Shown in pieces: positions 11,031 to 25,064 of a stretch of 64,000 nt of DNA. Position 1 is the stretch's first letter; every line of letters begins with the position of its first letter. Position numbers and translations under genes: made by a program. The notes beneath the pieces were generated by a model. The model was not told the DNA's origin, made no database searches, and was given only the letters and a program-made list of their open reading frames with translations. This DNA is from Octopus bimaculoides (lineage: Eukaryota), in contig NC_068984.1 in NCBI RefSeq assembly GCF_001194135.2, forward strand, positions 34,134,271 to 34,198,270, read 5' to 3'.

Positions 11031-12350
11031 AAGAGGAATGTTGTCTTGCTCATCTAGCTTGTAGAGTGGCATCATTTGAAAGCTAAAATAATGCAAAGTG
11101 TATTGTAACCAACAATGTATAACAACATCTAATAGGCTGGTCAGTCACGATCACATGATATGTGTATGTGTGAGTGGGTGTTTGTGTGTTTATATATAAG
11201 AACACAGAAAATGCAACTGGGATGTTATGCTTTATATAATATACATGTTTGCAGTAAGCTTACCACCATTATTATGTAAGCAACTAGACCATATTAGGCA
11301 ACCTAATATAATTGACCTTTGACTTACTTTGGCAGAATCTGCAAAAGTACAACATAAAAAATAATGCAGGCTCTTGTATACATTAGTATGCAAATTAATT
11401 ACCATGAGATTATTATTGTGAATAAATGGTAAAATAGGTGTGAGGTTAAGTTTGACTTAATCCTCAAAGTTTGATTTAATCCTCAAAGTTTGACTCAACT
11501 CTACATGAATTAAAGTTTCATGGGTGCATAAAACACAGCTGCTCAGTCAGATGTTGAGTATTACTCAACAATATTAAGTGAACTTTCCCCTACCAACATT
11601 CCCTAATGAACATCAAAGTATAAGATAAACAACACTACGAGAGGCCTGACTAATAACCACTGACTTCCAGATAAAAACAGAAAATATCCTAAATAACAAC
11701 AACAACAACAACAAGTAAAGAAACTGACCAGCTGAAACATACCATCTACTTACATTTTTTGCTAACCCCTAAAAAATTCCATTACAAAAATGTCTACACA
11801 CCCAATTGTTAAGTATTTACATATTAAATTAAACTTTGAATCTTTGACCTTTACATTGTCAAAGCAAAGACTTAAATCCAGTGACACCATAAATAAATAA
11901 AACTACTGGCACATCCTATATCTCCCTCCCGTAAAGAACATACCCAAATATTCACATCTGATTACAAATTTCAACATACATGAATAAATTCTAAGCAATA
12001 ACATAATCCAAAATATAATGAAAAGAAATAACCCAACCTAAAACCCTAAAACCCTAAAATCCTAATTATCACTCCACTCAAGCCCACATACCCAATGGAG
12101 CTTTTGAGTGAACAAAGACTATATAAAGCCAAGATTAACTTCAATGCATTGCTGTCTGATATTGGCTTAACTGGTTGAAGATTCAACCAATTAAGCCAAC
12201 ATCGAAGTCACTTTTCTTATGTATATAATATTTTTGTATAAGAATTAAAAATATTTGCACTACAAAAGTATAGAGTAACCCATCAGATTAATGTAAAAAT
12301 GTTTTTACAGCAGTTGAACATAAAAACAAATATTAACACACAAACTCACT

Positions 12351-12431
<81 letters not shown>

Positions 12432-12568
12432 TCCCTGATTGTTTAATCCTCAAGTCTACCTCGATTGATGCAGCCTTTGATAGAGGAATTCCAGCTTTTA
12501 ACATCCAGTCCCTGAATATTTAAAACTGTCTTGTCCAATTCATCCTTACTTTATAAAGAGGTGAAATA

Positions 12569-12796
12569 TTGGGTTGTCCGGAAAGTTTGTGCCAATTTTT
12601 AAAGGAAAGAAAAAAGTCAATAAATACTTGCCATTATATTTCTAATCAACCAAATAGGAACCATTTTGTTGCACAATGCGTTTCCATCTTTCCATTAACT
12701 TGAAAATATCCTCTTCCCAGAACTGAGGTGGTTTCATGGCAAATAAGTCAAAAGGTAAGCTACGATAAATCGGCACGAACTTTCCAGACAACCCAA
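12569..12796 (-). mobile_element. 228-bp mariner internal-deletion derivative
   Basis: TA TSD (12567-68, 12797-98); 30-bp TIRs ttgggttgtc(c/t)ggaaagtt(t/c)gtgcc(a/g)attt. Interior encodes a mariner transposase C-terminus FAMKPPQFWEEDIFKLMERWKRIVQQNGSYLVD*. Confidence 0.9.
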
Positions 12797-13516
12797 TATT
12801 ACTGGAGTGAAATTTGGCTGATATGTCTAACATGTTGATTGACCATATATAAAAATTCTTGCATTAGTTTGATGTGTGTAAGTATATTGAATATCATCAG
12901 ATCATTTCCATGAAACTTCTGAGTGACAGAATGAATCTAACTTTGAATAAACTAGTAAATATACTACATACGTACATACATACATACATGCATACATACA
13001 TACATACATATATACATACTTACTTACATACATACATATATTTACTACCTTTATTCAAAGTTATATAATACCTCATCTTTTCAATATGTCTCTCCCTCAG
13101 TTTCACTTTTGTGTAGATTCTAAGATTATGCTTAAACAAAAATGTGTTTATGAATAGACTCCCTTTCTCTCTCATACACACATGTATGCATACATACATT
13201 CACAACTATACAATCACCTGATCAAAGTTACATTTACAAATAATGTTACATATGTGTGGTTGCTTTTGTTTGGACAAATATTCAAGAGTAAACTATGAGG
13301 CTATAATGCAATCTAGAATAGAATATATCTAAACTTCTGGCTACCTTCTATTTCCAAATATTTCCAAATATTCAGCAGACTACATAAAGTTTTTCTTGTT
13401 TTGCTGCATGACAAAATATGTACGTCAGTATATACATGCATGTCTGTATGTATATGTGTGTATATATATATATATATGTATACATATATATGTAAGTATA
13501 TATATATGTATGTTTA

Positions 13517-13580
<64 letters not shown>

Positions 13581-14097
13581 GATATATATATGTATATATA
13601 TATNNNNNNNNNNNNNNNNNNNNNNNNNNNNNNNNNNNNNNNNNNNNNNNNNNNNNNNNNNNNNNNNNNNNNNNNNNNNNNNNNNNNNNNNNNNNNNNNN
13701 NNNNNNNNNNNNNNNNNNNNNNNNNNNNNNNNNNNNNNNNNNNNNNNNNNNNNNNNNNNNNNNNNNNNNNNNNNNNNNNNNNNNNNNNNNNNNNNNNNNN
13801 NNNNNNNATATGCATATTGTAATTCTTTATTCTTTCTATTTTTTCTTTTAATTTGTGCAGAATATAGTTTGTAACAAATAGATATATTTTATTATTGAGG
13901 AAGCAGCTATACCTATATAAAAGTTTGAAAATAACCAAATAAGCCAGTAAAGCAATAACTAAATATTGCCATAATGTAGTTAAGAGTTTAACATATTTGG
14001 CTTATGATGTTTTAAATCTATGTTCAAATGCACCACCAGGCATAGATTTATGACCTCTTGTACAACCTAAATGACCACACTTATTTTTCCCAACGTA

Positions 14098-14155
<58 letters not shown>

Positions 14156-14438
14156 CATTACTATTATTACTTAAATTTTCTATCATTTATACATTTCTTA
14201 ATAGGTTCGCTAATTATGGCATTATTCTAAAAGGAAACATTGAATTACTTCTCTGAACTTCAGTTCAGTAGGATATGTAACAGGATAACACTATATTCTG
14301 CCTATATAATGGACAAAATATATGTTTTTATTCATGGGTGTAATGGGTATTTTGTAGTCCAAGGAAGATGGTTTTGCAATTTCTTGCTGAACAAACCCGA
14401 ACAAATGATTTGCTTATAGTGATCAAATGTTTATGCTA

Positions 14439-14850
14439 GGCGTAGGAGTGGCTGTGTGGTAAGTAGTATGCTTATGGACCACATGATTCTGGGTTCAGTT
14501 CCACTGTGTGGAACGTTGGGCAAGTGTCTTGTACTATAGCCTCGGGCCAACCAAAGCCTTTTGAGTGGATTTGGTAGACGGAAACTGAAAGAAGCCCGTC
14601 ATATATATGTATATATATATATATATGTATGTGCATGTGTATGTTTGTGTGTCTGTGTTTGTCCCCCAAACATCGCTTGACAATCGATGCTGGTGTGTTT
14701 ACATCCCCGTAACTTCGCGGTTTGTCAAAAGAGGCTGATCGAATAAGTACTAGGCTTACAACGAATAAATCCTGGGGTCGATTTGCTCGACTAAAGGCGG
14801 TGCTCCAGCATGGCCACAGTAAAATGACTCAAACAAGTAAAGAGTAAGAG
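14439..14850 (+). mobile_element. SINE family A, full length
   Basis: ggcgtaggagtggctgtgtggtaag head through gcatggccacagt..aagtaaagagtaagag tail. Confidence 0.9.
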
Positions 14851-15286
14851 CTACACATCAGCTCACTGCCTCCATCAAATTGCCTGAAACAAGTGCACAG
14901 TATACTTCATTTTAGGTGTCAAAGCATTTGCAGAGCAATATGAAATGAAGAATACAAGACATCACTGAGCAATATCAGATAAGAACACAAGGCATCACCC
15001 AGTCCAAAAACTGAAACCACAATATTTGTGAAAGCAACACCCTGACCACTAAACCATATAGTTTCATAGGGGTAAAGATTTAATTTCTAAAGATATAACA
15101 AAAATAATGTCTCACTGATCTTTTGGTGTAGGTGTGTGCTGAAATTTGCTTTTGCGAAAATGTTCTTTTTCTTTATAACGTGTATATCCATTCCAATATC
15201 CATCTCTCAGATGTCACATTGAAAAATTCATCTTGAAAAAACTTGTGTGCAAACATTTTTTTCATATTGTGGAGCTAGATATAAAA

Positions 15287-15355
<69 letters not shown>

Positions 15356-15855
15356 TGTGCACGTGTTCGCAATTGCACATCTTAGAGTAAATAATAATCA
15401 GAAAATATAATTTTCAGCTATTGATATATTGAGTTTAAGCATTTTAGAATCCATCCTTTTTATTTCATTCAAATGCATCATACATAACATATCAGTTTTT
15501 AAAGAGGATGAATGGAGAGAAAATTGTCTGAGTTGTTTCAATAAGTTACAGATTGAGAGCCAATCTTTTCAAAGATATTATATGCTGAACAATAATGTAT
15601 GATGAATTGCATCAACCTAAAGTGAACTTTGTGACACATCACTTGAGATATTGAAGGAAACTGAGAACATATCACTAGTAACTAGATGTGGTCTCACATT
15701 TAGAAAAGAATGGTAATGTTTCAAAGTTGAATCCACAGAAATTCTAAAAAATATCTAATCAAACAAGCCTGTATCTGATGTGTTATCGCGTGTATCAACT
15801 AGAAACAGCAGCTAAATTTCGATCACATCTTATCATACTGACTTATAAAAAAGTG

Positions 15856-16235
15856 TGGAGGCGCAATGGCCCAGTGGTTAGGGCAGTGGACTAGCAGTCA
15901 TAGGATCGTGGTTTCGATTCCCAGACCGGGCATTGTGAGTGTCTATTGAGCAAAAACACCTAAAGCTCCACGAGGCTCTGGCAGGGGATTGTGGTGAACC
16001 CTGCTGTACTCTTTCACCACAACTTTCTCTCACTCTTACTTCCTGTTTCCGTTGTGCCTGTAATTCAAAGGGTCAGCCTTGTCACACTGTGTCACGCTGA
16101 ATATCCCCGAGAACTACGTTAAGGGTACACGTGTCTGTGGAGTGCTCAGCCACTTGCACATTAATTTCACGAGCAGGCTGTTCCGTTGATTGGATCAACT
16201 GGAACCCTCGATGTTGTAAGCGACGGAGTGCCAAC
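15856..16235 (+). mobile_element. SINE family C, full length (380 bp), 11-bp TSD
   Basis: A box TGGCCCAGTGG, B box GGTTTCGATTCC; TSD ataaaaaagtg at 15845-15855 and 16236-16246; colinear with the 7801 copy. Confidence 0.92.
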
Positions 16236-18339
16236 ATAAAAAAGTGCAGTCCTAAATCTATAGAGATAAGATAATTATGTTTAGAATGTCTCTAATCACG
16301 GGTCTGATTATCCAGAAAAATATCCAATAAATATCAAAATTAACATTATCAAAAACAGCAAGATCAGTCTATAAGATTGATAATTTTGTATCTGCTGTTG
16401 ATGGAAACTATTTAGCCATTTAGAATATGAGAAATAAAATTCCATTTCTGTGATACTAAACAAATTTTATAAACTGAATTAGCTTTTTAAATTTACTGGT
16501 TTTATAACTTAAGAAGTATATATATATTAAAAAAAGTAGTTTCCTAGCTGAGAAAGGGATCTTCTCTAAGGTCTGTATTTACAAGAAAAGGTCATGCTGA
16601 AGCCTTTTTGACATTATCAACGCATAAGGATGATCGGGAAGTTTTAATAAGTTTAGCAAGAAAAAGTAGTGGGCAGAGTTGGGGAAGCCGACTTCACAGT
16701 TTCAAAGATCAAAAATAAAATAAAAGAGACACTGTTATCATTTCCATCTTTTTAATCTATTATGTTGTAATTTCTAACTTATATTCATGAACATTAATCA
16801 TGGAACAAGTCATCCTGTAGTCTTTGTTACAGTTTGGCTATACATGGCTTATTTTTATCAGGCTGTTAAATACTTTACTTCATTCTTCAGAGCATCTTTG
16901 CAGTTTAATTTTCAGAGACCAACAGATTTCGTTTCTTTCACCATTCATCTTTTCCTCAATCAGTCTGGTTCTCTTTTGCAAAAATCTCTATCCATTTCCT
17001 ATACTTAGCATAATATCTTCTACATCTCTTTCAATATATCAGTATTCTTTATTGATCACTTTCTTTAATGTAATTCTAACCAGTTCACACCTAGTCATTG
17101 GCATATTACATGCTGCTTCAACTTTTATTTAATTCAATATATTTTACACACTTCTGACAGTTTTGCCTCTATTTCTTCTTATTATGTATAAGTTTTTATC
17201 ACTTGCTTGTCTGCTAAGCAGGAAATTGTATCTGTGCATTGTCTTCATATTTCTAACATCTCTAGATTGACTTTACTGAATTGAAAGACATTTGTTAATA
17301 CTTTACCACTAGATTCATTCTGTAATTTATGAGACATCAATAAGAAATTTGATACTGCTTCTTTGAGCAAAACAAACAGTAATCTCCACACCAAAACAAC
17401 TTTACAAGCAATGTGGTAAAAATAAAACTAATGTAGCACTAATACCAAGAGAAGAAGATTTGGCCAGCGGGCTTTGAAGAGTAGATGGATTGCCACAGGA
17501 GAGAAATTAACAAAAATAGGATATAAAGACTGAAGTTACTATGGTATATGAAAAACATGAAAGCACTTGGAAATGAGAAAGCACTAAATTCCTGGCTAAA
17601 ATATTTGGAGGGTATCTACAAAATACCTGCTAAAATATGTAATAATTTACTGCAAAAGTGTGAAACAGCATAATAATTGAATAGTTGAATGGTTTACTAA
17701 GGAGTAAAATCATTTTAATCCATCTCTTAAACTGAAGAAAAGTGAACCTTTACTCCTGCAAGAAAATAACAAGATACATAAACTGTCCATTTATTATAAG
17801 CGAAGTCTTAACAGCTTAACATCCAGATTACAATTATGATAAAATATGAAAAAAATAATTAAATATATAAACCCACTTACCATCAAAAACCAATAGGAAA
17901 GGTGCTACAAAATCTTATATTAATTATTAGATGGGCTAATGATAAACACAGTTAAAAATGAAAACTGAAGGAAGAAAATGAAGTGCGTGACCATGGTATT
18001 GATTGATTCTCAAGAAAGGCTTTTGACTATTCCTTTGACTGGAATTTTGGCTTTTGACTGGTGCATTGAAGTATAAACTATGAGTAAATTAGCACAAAAT
18101 GCAAGCAAATGCAAACATCTTAAGTAAATGAGAGAGAAGTTTAGTGGGGAATATTCCCCAAAAGCACATAACGAGTAATACTCCTACTGAGTTAAATGCC
18201 CCAAAATAATGTAATAAAGATCAATTCTTTAGAGGATTCAGCTATAACCAGAAGTCTTTTTTCAATTGAAGGATTAGTAGGGGCAGCAAAGGATCATTTT
18301 TAGAAGATATTACTCACAACTGACTCAGAAACATTCTTT

Positions 18340-18576
18340 TACTCTTTTACATGTTTCAGTCATTTGACTGTGGTCATGCTGGAGCAACACCTTTAGTCAA
18401 ACAAATCGACTCCAGGACTTATTCTTTGTAAGCCTAGTACTTAGTATATCAATCTCTTTTGCTGAACTGCTAAGTTTCAGGGACATAAACACACCAACAA
18501 CCAGCATCAGCTGGCAAGTGATGGTGGGGTGGACAAACACAGACACAAAGACACACACACATAAATATATATACAC

Positions 18577-18610
<34 letters not shown>

Positions 18611-18775
18611 ATAAATACATACACACAACAAATTTCTTCCAGTTTCCATCTACCAAATCTACTCACAAGGCTTTAGTTGGCCCGAGGCTATAGTAGAAGG
18701 CACTTGCCTAATGTGTTACGCAGTGGGACTGAACCCAGAACCATGTGTTTAGGAAGTAAGCTTCTTACCACACCG
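18340..18775 (-). mobile_element. SINE family A
   Basis: Reverse complement of the family A tail, microsatellite, body and head. Confidence 0.85.
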
Positions 18776-19147
18776 TAATATAAATACAATGGGTAGAGGG
18801 TTTTCTCTTACAAGATTATTATTATAAAATAGCTATTTTGAAAGTAAATTTATCAAGAATAAAGAAAAATTAATATAATAGCCACAGAACATGAACAAAT
18901 AACAGGAAACAGAATTTCATGTAACAGTGCAATGAAAAAATAACAGCAGACTATTAAGAAAACTAAATTAGAAATAAGACTAACATTATTTTTCCATGAT
19001 ATTGATAAGTAAAACATACAATAAAGGAACCATGTAAGAAGCAGAAGTGAACAGAGAAAATTTGTTTGATTCAAACCTTGGATCAATGTATTTTTAATAG
19101 ATAATATCTTGATATATAAGCAATCTTTCTAGAAGCTTTTTCTCAAA

Positions 19148-19505
19148 TCATCATCTTTATTGTTTAACGTCCGCTTTCCATGTCAGCATCGGTTGGACGA
19201 TTTGACTGAGGACTGGCTAACCAGATGGCTTCACCAGGCTCAAATCTAATCTCGCAGAGAGTCTACAGCTGGATGCCATTCCTAATGGCAACCACTCCGA
19301 GAGTGTAGTGGGTGCTTTTACGTGCCACTGGCACGAGGGTCAGTCAGGTGGTACTGGCAATGGTCATGCTCCAATGGTGTTTTTTTTTTTTACGTGCCAC
19401 CTGCACAGGCGCCAGTCCAGTGGCACTGGCAACAACCTTGCTTGAATGTTTTTTTCACAAGCCACCGGCATGGAAGCCAGTCAGCTGCTCTGGCAACGAT
19501 CACGA
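19148..19505 (-). mobile_element. RTE LINE 3' UTR/tail
   Basis: catcat..tttaacgtccgctttccatg.. tail plus two to three repeat modules. Confidence 0.82.
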
Positions 19506-20209
19506 AATATAAAGTTATAAAGAGTATACATCATAACAGCAGAATATGAGGTTTTGAAGAACCAATTAATTGTTGCTGAGTCTTAATCAAGGTGGAGTAT
19601 TTAGCAGACATAACAGAGTTAAATGTTTCATGCTGTAAAAGCAACACTTGTATTGCAGAATTTGTTCAGCAAAGAGGTAGAATACAAGTGATCTCATAAA
19701 ACGACAAGATAACTTTACTTTGGGATATACTGATTCTCACACATTTTGATTAAGCCAAATCTTCAGATTTAATTGACAAAGATCATCAGACAGGAATAAA
19801 AAAGAATGTCACCTAACCAAGAAATCACTTGTTACAGAACAGAAGACAGTATATCTGAAATAGAAATGAAGCAACAATCCAAATATAGAGACATAAAATA
19901 ATGATATTCAGATAGTAGCAGGGGATTAAAAACAAAAACAATTCCCATAATAGCAGAGAATTTAGGAATGATTTATGGAGATGATATACAAGCAAGTACC
20001 AGGACATACACACAACGCACAATATATCATTTCTGAGAATTGCACATATATTACATGAAGGTGACTAGTCTCTACTTTGTAAGGTGGAAGGGCATTGCAA
20101 AGATATGGGAAGTAGATCAGGGGGCTAAAAATATTTCAGTGTTTAGTTCTATCCTTACTCTGCTTATCCATCCATCCATCCATCCATCCATCCATCTATC
20201 AATCAATCA

Positions 20210-20262
<53 letters not shown>

Positions 20263-20307
20263 ATGTAGCTGGATTAAAAATGGTGGCTAAAATTTCATTT
20301 ACTATGA

Positions 20308-20474
20308 GTTTCATGTTAAGAAAAATATCTTAATATCTTAATGATTTTTCTAGTCGATCAGATGGAGGAATGGTGTTCATTTCCATTTTGGATGAAATGG
20401 AGATGAACACCATTCTTCCATGTAACCAGTTTTAAAAATTGTTAAGATATGAGATATTTTTCTTCACATGAAAC
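20308..20474. repeat. About 167-bp imperfect palindrome (MITE-like)
   Basis: gtttcatgttaagaaaaatatc...atggaggaatggtgttcatttccattt pairs with aaatggagatgaacaccattcttccat...gatatttttcttcacatgaaac around a centre near 20390. Confidence 0.8.
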
Positions 20475-20580
20475 CAATGGTAGCTTTAATACACAAATAT
20501 ATATATATATAGAGAGAGAGGTAGTAGATAATTTCTGTTATCTAGGGGACCAAATTAGTAGTGGGGGAGAATGCATGGAT

Positions 20581-21737
20581 AGTGTGACAGCTAGAATAAG
20601 AATAGGTTAGAGGAAATTCATTGAACTATTACCTCTGTGTTGTAGTGGAAATGGTACATCCCTCCCACTGGACATGTGATAAGAGAAGCACCTATAAAGA
20701 GAGATGACCTCAACCAGTATGGGGAGTCATGTATCAGTTGTTGTAGAGTTGCTGTATGAGTTGTCAGTTGGAGTTAAGTGTCAGTTACATGTTATACTTG
20801 AGTTCAAGTCACAGTCAAAGTAGATGGTTCAAATTCAGTGTCTTGCAAAGCTATCAGCCTTAGCATGATAGACGAAGTGGTGTATTGTTATTCCAGTATA
20901 AAGAGATACACTGTATCTGATACCAAGAAAATATTGTGGCTACTAGGATATATACAACAGCTACAGCCACACCTTTTAACTGTGGAAAATACCACATCAT
21001 AACACTCTCTTGACCATAAAAGTTTTCTCTCTCTGAGTGAAAGGAAGATTGTGTGATGCATGTAAACAGACAGCAATTCTACATGGTAGTGAGATGTGAG
21101 CCCAGAATGTAGAGGACATGCAAAGGTTAGAAAACAATGAGGCTTTCATGCTCTACTGGATGTGTAATGTAAGTATACATGTTTGACAGAGTGCTATTGT
21201 TTTGAGAGATAAGTTAGGCATAAGAGGAATTAGTTGCTGTGTCCAAGAGTGAAGACAGCACTGGTTTGAGCATGTGATGTGGATGGATGCTAACAGCTCT
21301 ATAAAGAAGTGTCGATCTCTCATGGAACACATAGGCGTGGGAGACCTAGGAAGACATTGATGAAGTACTCAAGAATGACTTCAAGATCTGAACATTCCAG
21401 GTGAGAAAACAAAGTACCAAGATTCCCAGTACCTTGCTGCACTCAAGAAGATCCATACTCCACTGCAGAAATGTTAAGACTGGTCCCTCTAGTGGTGAAA
21501 AGCACTCGTCACAGTACCAAGTAAAAGCACCAGTGCAGCACCATGTAAAAACATCTGTCTGGTGCCAAGTAAAAACAGCCAGCACACTCTATAAAGTGGC
21601 TGGAGTTAGGAAGGGCATCCATCTAGAGAAACCATACTGAATCAGACTAGAGTCTGGTGCAGCTCCCCAGCTTTCGAGCTCCTGTCAAACTGTCTCACCC
21701 ATGCTAGCATGGACAATGAATGTTAAATGATGATGAT
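20581..21737 (+). mobile_element. RTE LINE ORF2 C-terminus plus 3' UTR, interrupted at 20638-21004
   Basis: SVTARIRIG*RKFIELLPL | LTIKVFSL*VKGRL..AC..TAILHGSE.. ..KLGIRGISCC..HWFEHVM..GRPRKT; ends ccatgctagcatgg (21699-21712) and (gat)n. Confidence 0.85.
20638..21004 (+). mobile_element. Probable solo LTR (367 bp)
   Basis: Starts TGTTGTAG, ends CATAACA; flanked by ctctg (20633-37) and ctctc (21005-09); splits the RTE reading frame at LLPL|LT; TATAAA near 20695. Strand tentative. Confidence 0.7.
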
Positions 21738-22119
21738 ACATATGCATGTGTGCTTGCATGTGTGTAAATATATTTCAGTGTGAGTGTATTTATATACAAC
21801 ATGCAAACAGATGTGATAAATTCTATATCACTTGTTTTCTACTCTTTCTTTTTCTTGTCCTTCTCTTTGATGAATGCATAACCCCAAAACATTATATTTA
21901 TTTTTGGTTTCTTTTCATTAGCATATATATATATTCATTGCATACTTCCTCCATTGTTGTTGTTTTACTTCATATTTCTACACTTTTTCAATCATGTGTT
22001 TTGCTTTGTCTGACTTCATGCATTATTTATTTATTACTCCTCGCCTCAGATGCCAACTCATCTTAATTGTTTGACTTATACATACATTTCTGTGTGTGCA
22101 TACACAATCATATACCTTT

Positions 22120-22340
22120 TATCTTTAATCTTTTACCTCCTTCAGGCCACAGACTGCGGCTATGCTGGGGCACTGCCACGAAGAACTATTAGTCGATTGA
22201 ATCAAACCAAGCATTTATTTTGTTTTTAAGCCTCTGGCACTTATTCTATTGGTCTCTTTTTGCTAAACATCTAAGTCACAGGGACATAAACAGACCAACA
22301 TCATTTGTCAAGCAGTAGTGGGGACTAACAAAAATACAAA

Positions 22341-22380
<40 letters not shown>

Positions 22381-22570
22381 CACACACACACACACGCACA
22401 CACACACATATAATGGACTTCTTTCAATTTCAATCTATCAAATCCACTCATGAAACTTTGGTCAGCCTGTGGCTATAGTAGAAGACACTTGTCCAAGTTG
22501 CCACACAGTGGGTCTGAACCTGGAACCATGTGGTTGGGAAGCAAGCTTCTTATCACACAGTCACACCTTG
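22120..22570 (-). mobile_element. SINE family A (diverged)
   Basis: agactgcggctatgctggggcac..(CA)n..aatccactca..gaagacacttg..cttatcacacag. Confidence 0.8.
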
Positions 22571-23007
22571 CACCCTGCACATATGATGTTTGAATTTATA
22601 AATAAGAACACAAAGTACTCAATGCGATGAGTTTATTCAAAGCTTCCTTCAATTACTACCTTAATCTTTGCTTTCCATAGTCCGATACGTTCCTCCAAAG
22701 AAGCAAATGGAAAGGGAGAAAAGGAATGAAATTATCTTCTTGTTAGGGAAATCAAATTGTGCAAAAATGTTGGAATTTCTCGTTATCATTTCATCATTTT
22801 ACTTTCATGGGGAAATATGTTACAAATGCATCCAACAATACTTCTATGTAATCATGGATGCACTGGAAGTTCTAATCTTAGAAAGAGTCTTGTTTATTTC
22901 AATATGGACTGGTTGGAAAGACAATATTTATTGAGTTGCTGTTTAGTTTCAGCAGACTTGTGTTCAAATGCATTAGCATCTTATTTATTTATTGTAGCTC
23001 TTCCTTA

Positions 23008-23408
23008 ACTTTTACCTTGCTTCAGTCATTAGACTGTGGCCATGCTGGAGTGCTACCTTGAAGGATTTTATTTGAACTAATTGACCCTAGTACTTATTTT
23101 CTTTATAAGCCCGATACTTATTCTACCAGTCTCTTAAGTCAAACTGCTAAGTTATATGGACATAAACACACAAAGACCAGTTGTCAAATGGTGGTGGGGG
23201 ACAAACACAAGCACAAACACACATGCACGTAGATATACATTCAAATATAGATATATGACAGGCTTCTTTCAGTTTCCATCTACTAGATTCACTCACATAG
23301 TCTTGATCAGCCTGAGGCTATAGTAGAAGACACTTGCCCAAGGTACCATGCAGTAACACTGAACCTGGGACCATGTGGTTAGGAAGCAAACTTCTTACCA
23401 CACTGCCA
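23008..23408 (-). mobile_element. SINE family A
   Basis: ttcagtcattagactgtggccatgctggag..gaagacacttgccca..cttaccacactgcc. Confidence 0.82.
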
Positions 23409-23863
23409 CAATATATTCTATCTCTTTTAATATGATAGCATGAGATTTGAGGAAGATATGGCTGCTGTAACTAGCAAGACATGGTAACATTTATAAGCTT
23501 TCTCACTGAATAATATGAGAGAGATTCTATTACTATAAGCAAAACTCTTTTACCATAATCAAAGACACAATTATTATAGACTGTTGTTAGTTTCCTGCTC
23601 CATCAAAGTTTTAGTTGTTTTTGTTGTGTCTGTCTCTTCAATTCAAAAGTCTCAATGCTATCACTAACACACAAGTTTGTAAAGTCACTAAACCTAGCTA
23701 CTTCACCAATTAGATAAAGTTAGCATCTCCAAAAACGTCTCTATTTGGATTGGAGTTAATATCTGCTCTGAAATGTCTAATCTGATTTTCCTCAATTCTA
23801 AAACATTGTACCATTTGTTTATCTTTATAATTTTTTAAATTATTATCATCATCATCATCATCA

Positions 23864-23920
<57 letters not shown>

Positions 23921-24275
23921 TTATTATTATTATTATTAACAATAATAATAATTTTAATATTAATAATGTTTTGGTGGTAGGAGTATTCAGGAGAGGGCAA
24001 TTGCTGCTGTTTTAGAAAAAAAAAAATGTGTATTTTGGTTTTTTTTTTTTCCTTCCATCCTTCCTTCCTTCCTTCCTTCCTTCCTTCCTTCCGTCCTTAT
24101 TTCCTCCCTCTCCCTCCTTTTCCCTCCCCGTCCTCGTTATCTCTTTTCATTTCTGACAGCCTTACATATATGAAGTAGCTATTGATTTAAAAATTACCTT
24201 GTCAAATTCAATCAATGAATTTTGGAAAGTAGCTCTCATGGAGAATGGCATAGCTACTTTTAGGACCACACAACC

Positions 24276-24278
24276 ACT

Positions 24279-24365
<87 letters not shown>

Positions 24366-24395
24366 ACTACTACTACTACTACAATAATAATAATA
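24276..24395. repeat. (CTA)n(CTG)n(AAT)n compound microsatellite
   Basis: Direct; explains the poly-L and poly-V/A ORFs. Confidence 0.95.
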
Positions 24396-25001
24396 ATGCT
24401 TCTGTGTCTGAGAACATATCTAAGAGATTGGGTGGAAATGGGTACAGGAAGATGCATTGAGTGTGAAGGAGTAACAAGCAAGTAAATAAATATAGCAAAT
24501 ATAAAAATTCTACTAGTTCACTCTAGTGTTCATAAATTTTAAGCTCTCACATATTACATTTTCCTTCTTGCTTCTTTTTTTCTTAAATTTTTGAATTTTA
24601 TTTTACATTGTTGTTTGTTTTCTTCATATTGTAATCTCACATTTGATCATGGTTGTTATCATAGTTCTTGTTATTGTTGCTACTATTACTGTTGTTATTG
24701 TGTGTGTGTGTGTGTGTTTTTTGTTTTTGTTATCATCATCGACAACAACAATATTTCAGTTTCTATTTATCAAAAAAACAAAAGAGAGAGAAAAAAAGGT
24801 AATTTCCTCTATTGTATTCAAATAACTGAAACACCATCTCTACTGAACTTGCTCCTTGATTTCATCTTCTTTGTTTTTAGTGAAAGCATTCTTCTTCTTT
24901 CTTTCACCTTCTCCCCCTCTGCGTGCGTGTATATACATACATACATACATGCATACATACGTGCATACATACATACATACATACATACATACATACATAC
25001 A

Positions 25002-25064
<63 letters not shown>

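Noticed and set aside
12034-12066. Telomere-like aaccctaaaaccctaaaatcctaa
   Set aside because: Only about 3 imperfect units; not an array.
15856-15935. tRNA gene
   Set aside because: A/B boxes present, but the sequence continues into a SINE body with a TSD and no cloverleaf or terminator. Same for the other SINE heads.
16780-17340. Decayed LINE ORF2 linker on the minus strand
   Set aside because: Composition is suggestive, but stops occur in all frames and no diagnostic motif can be read with confidence.
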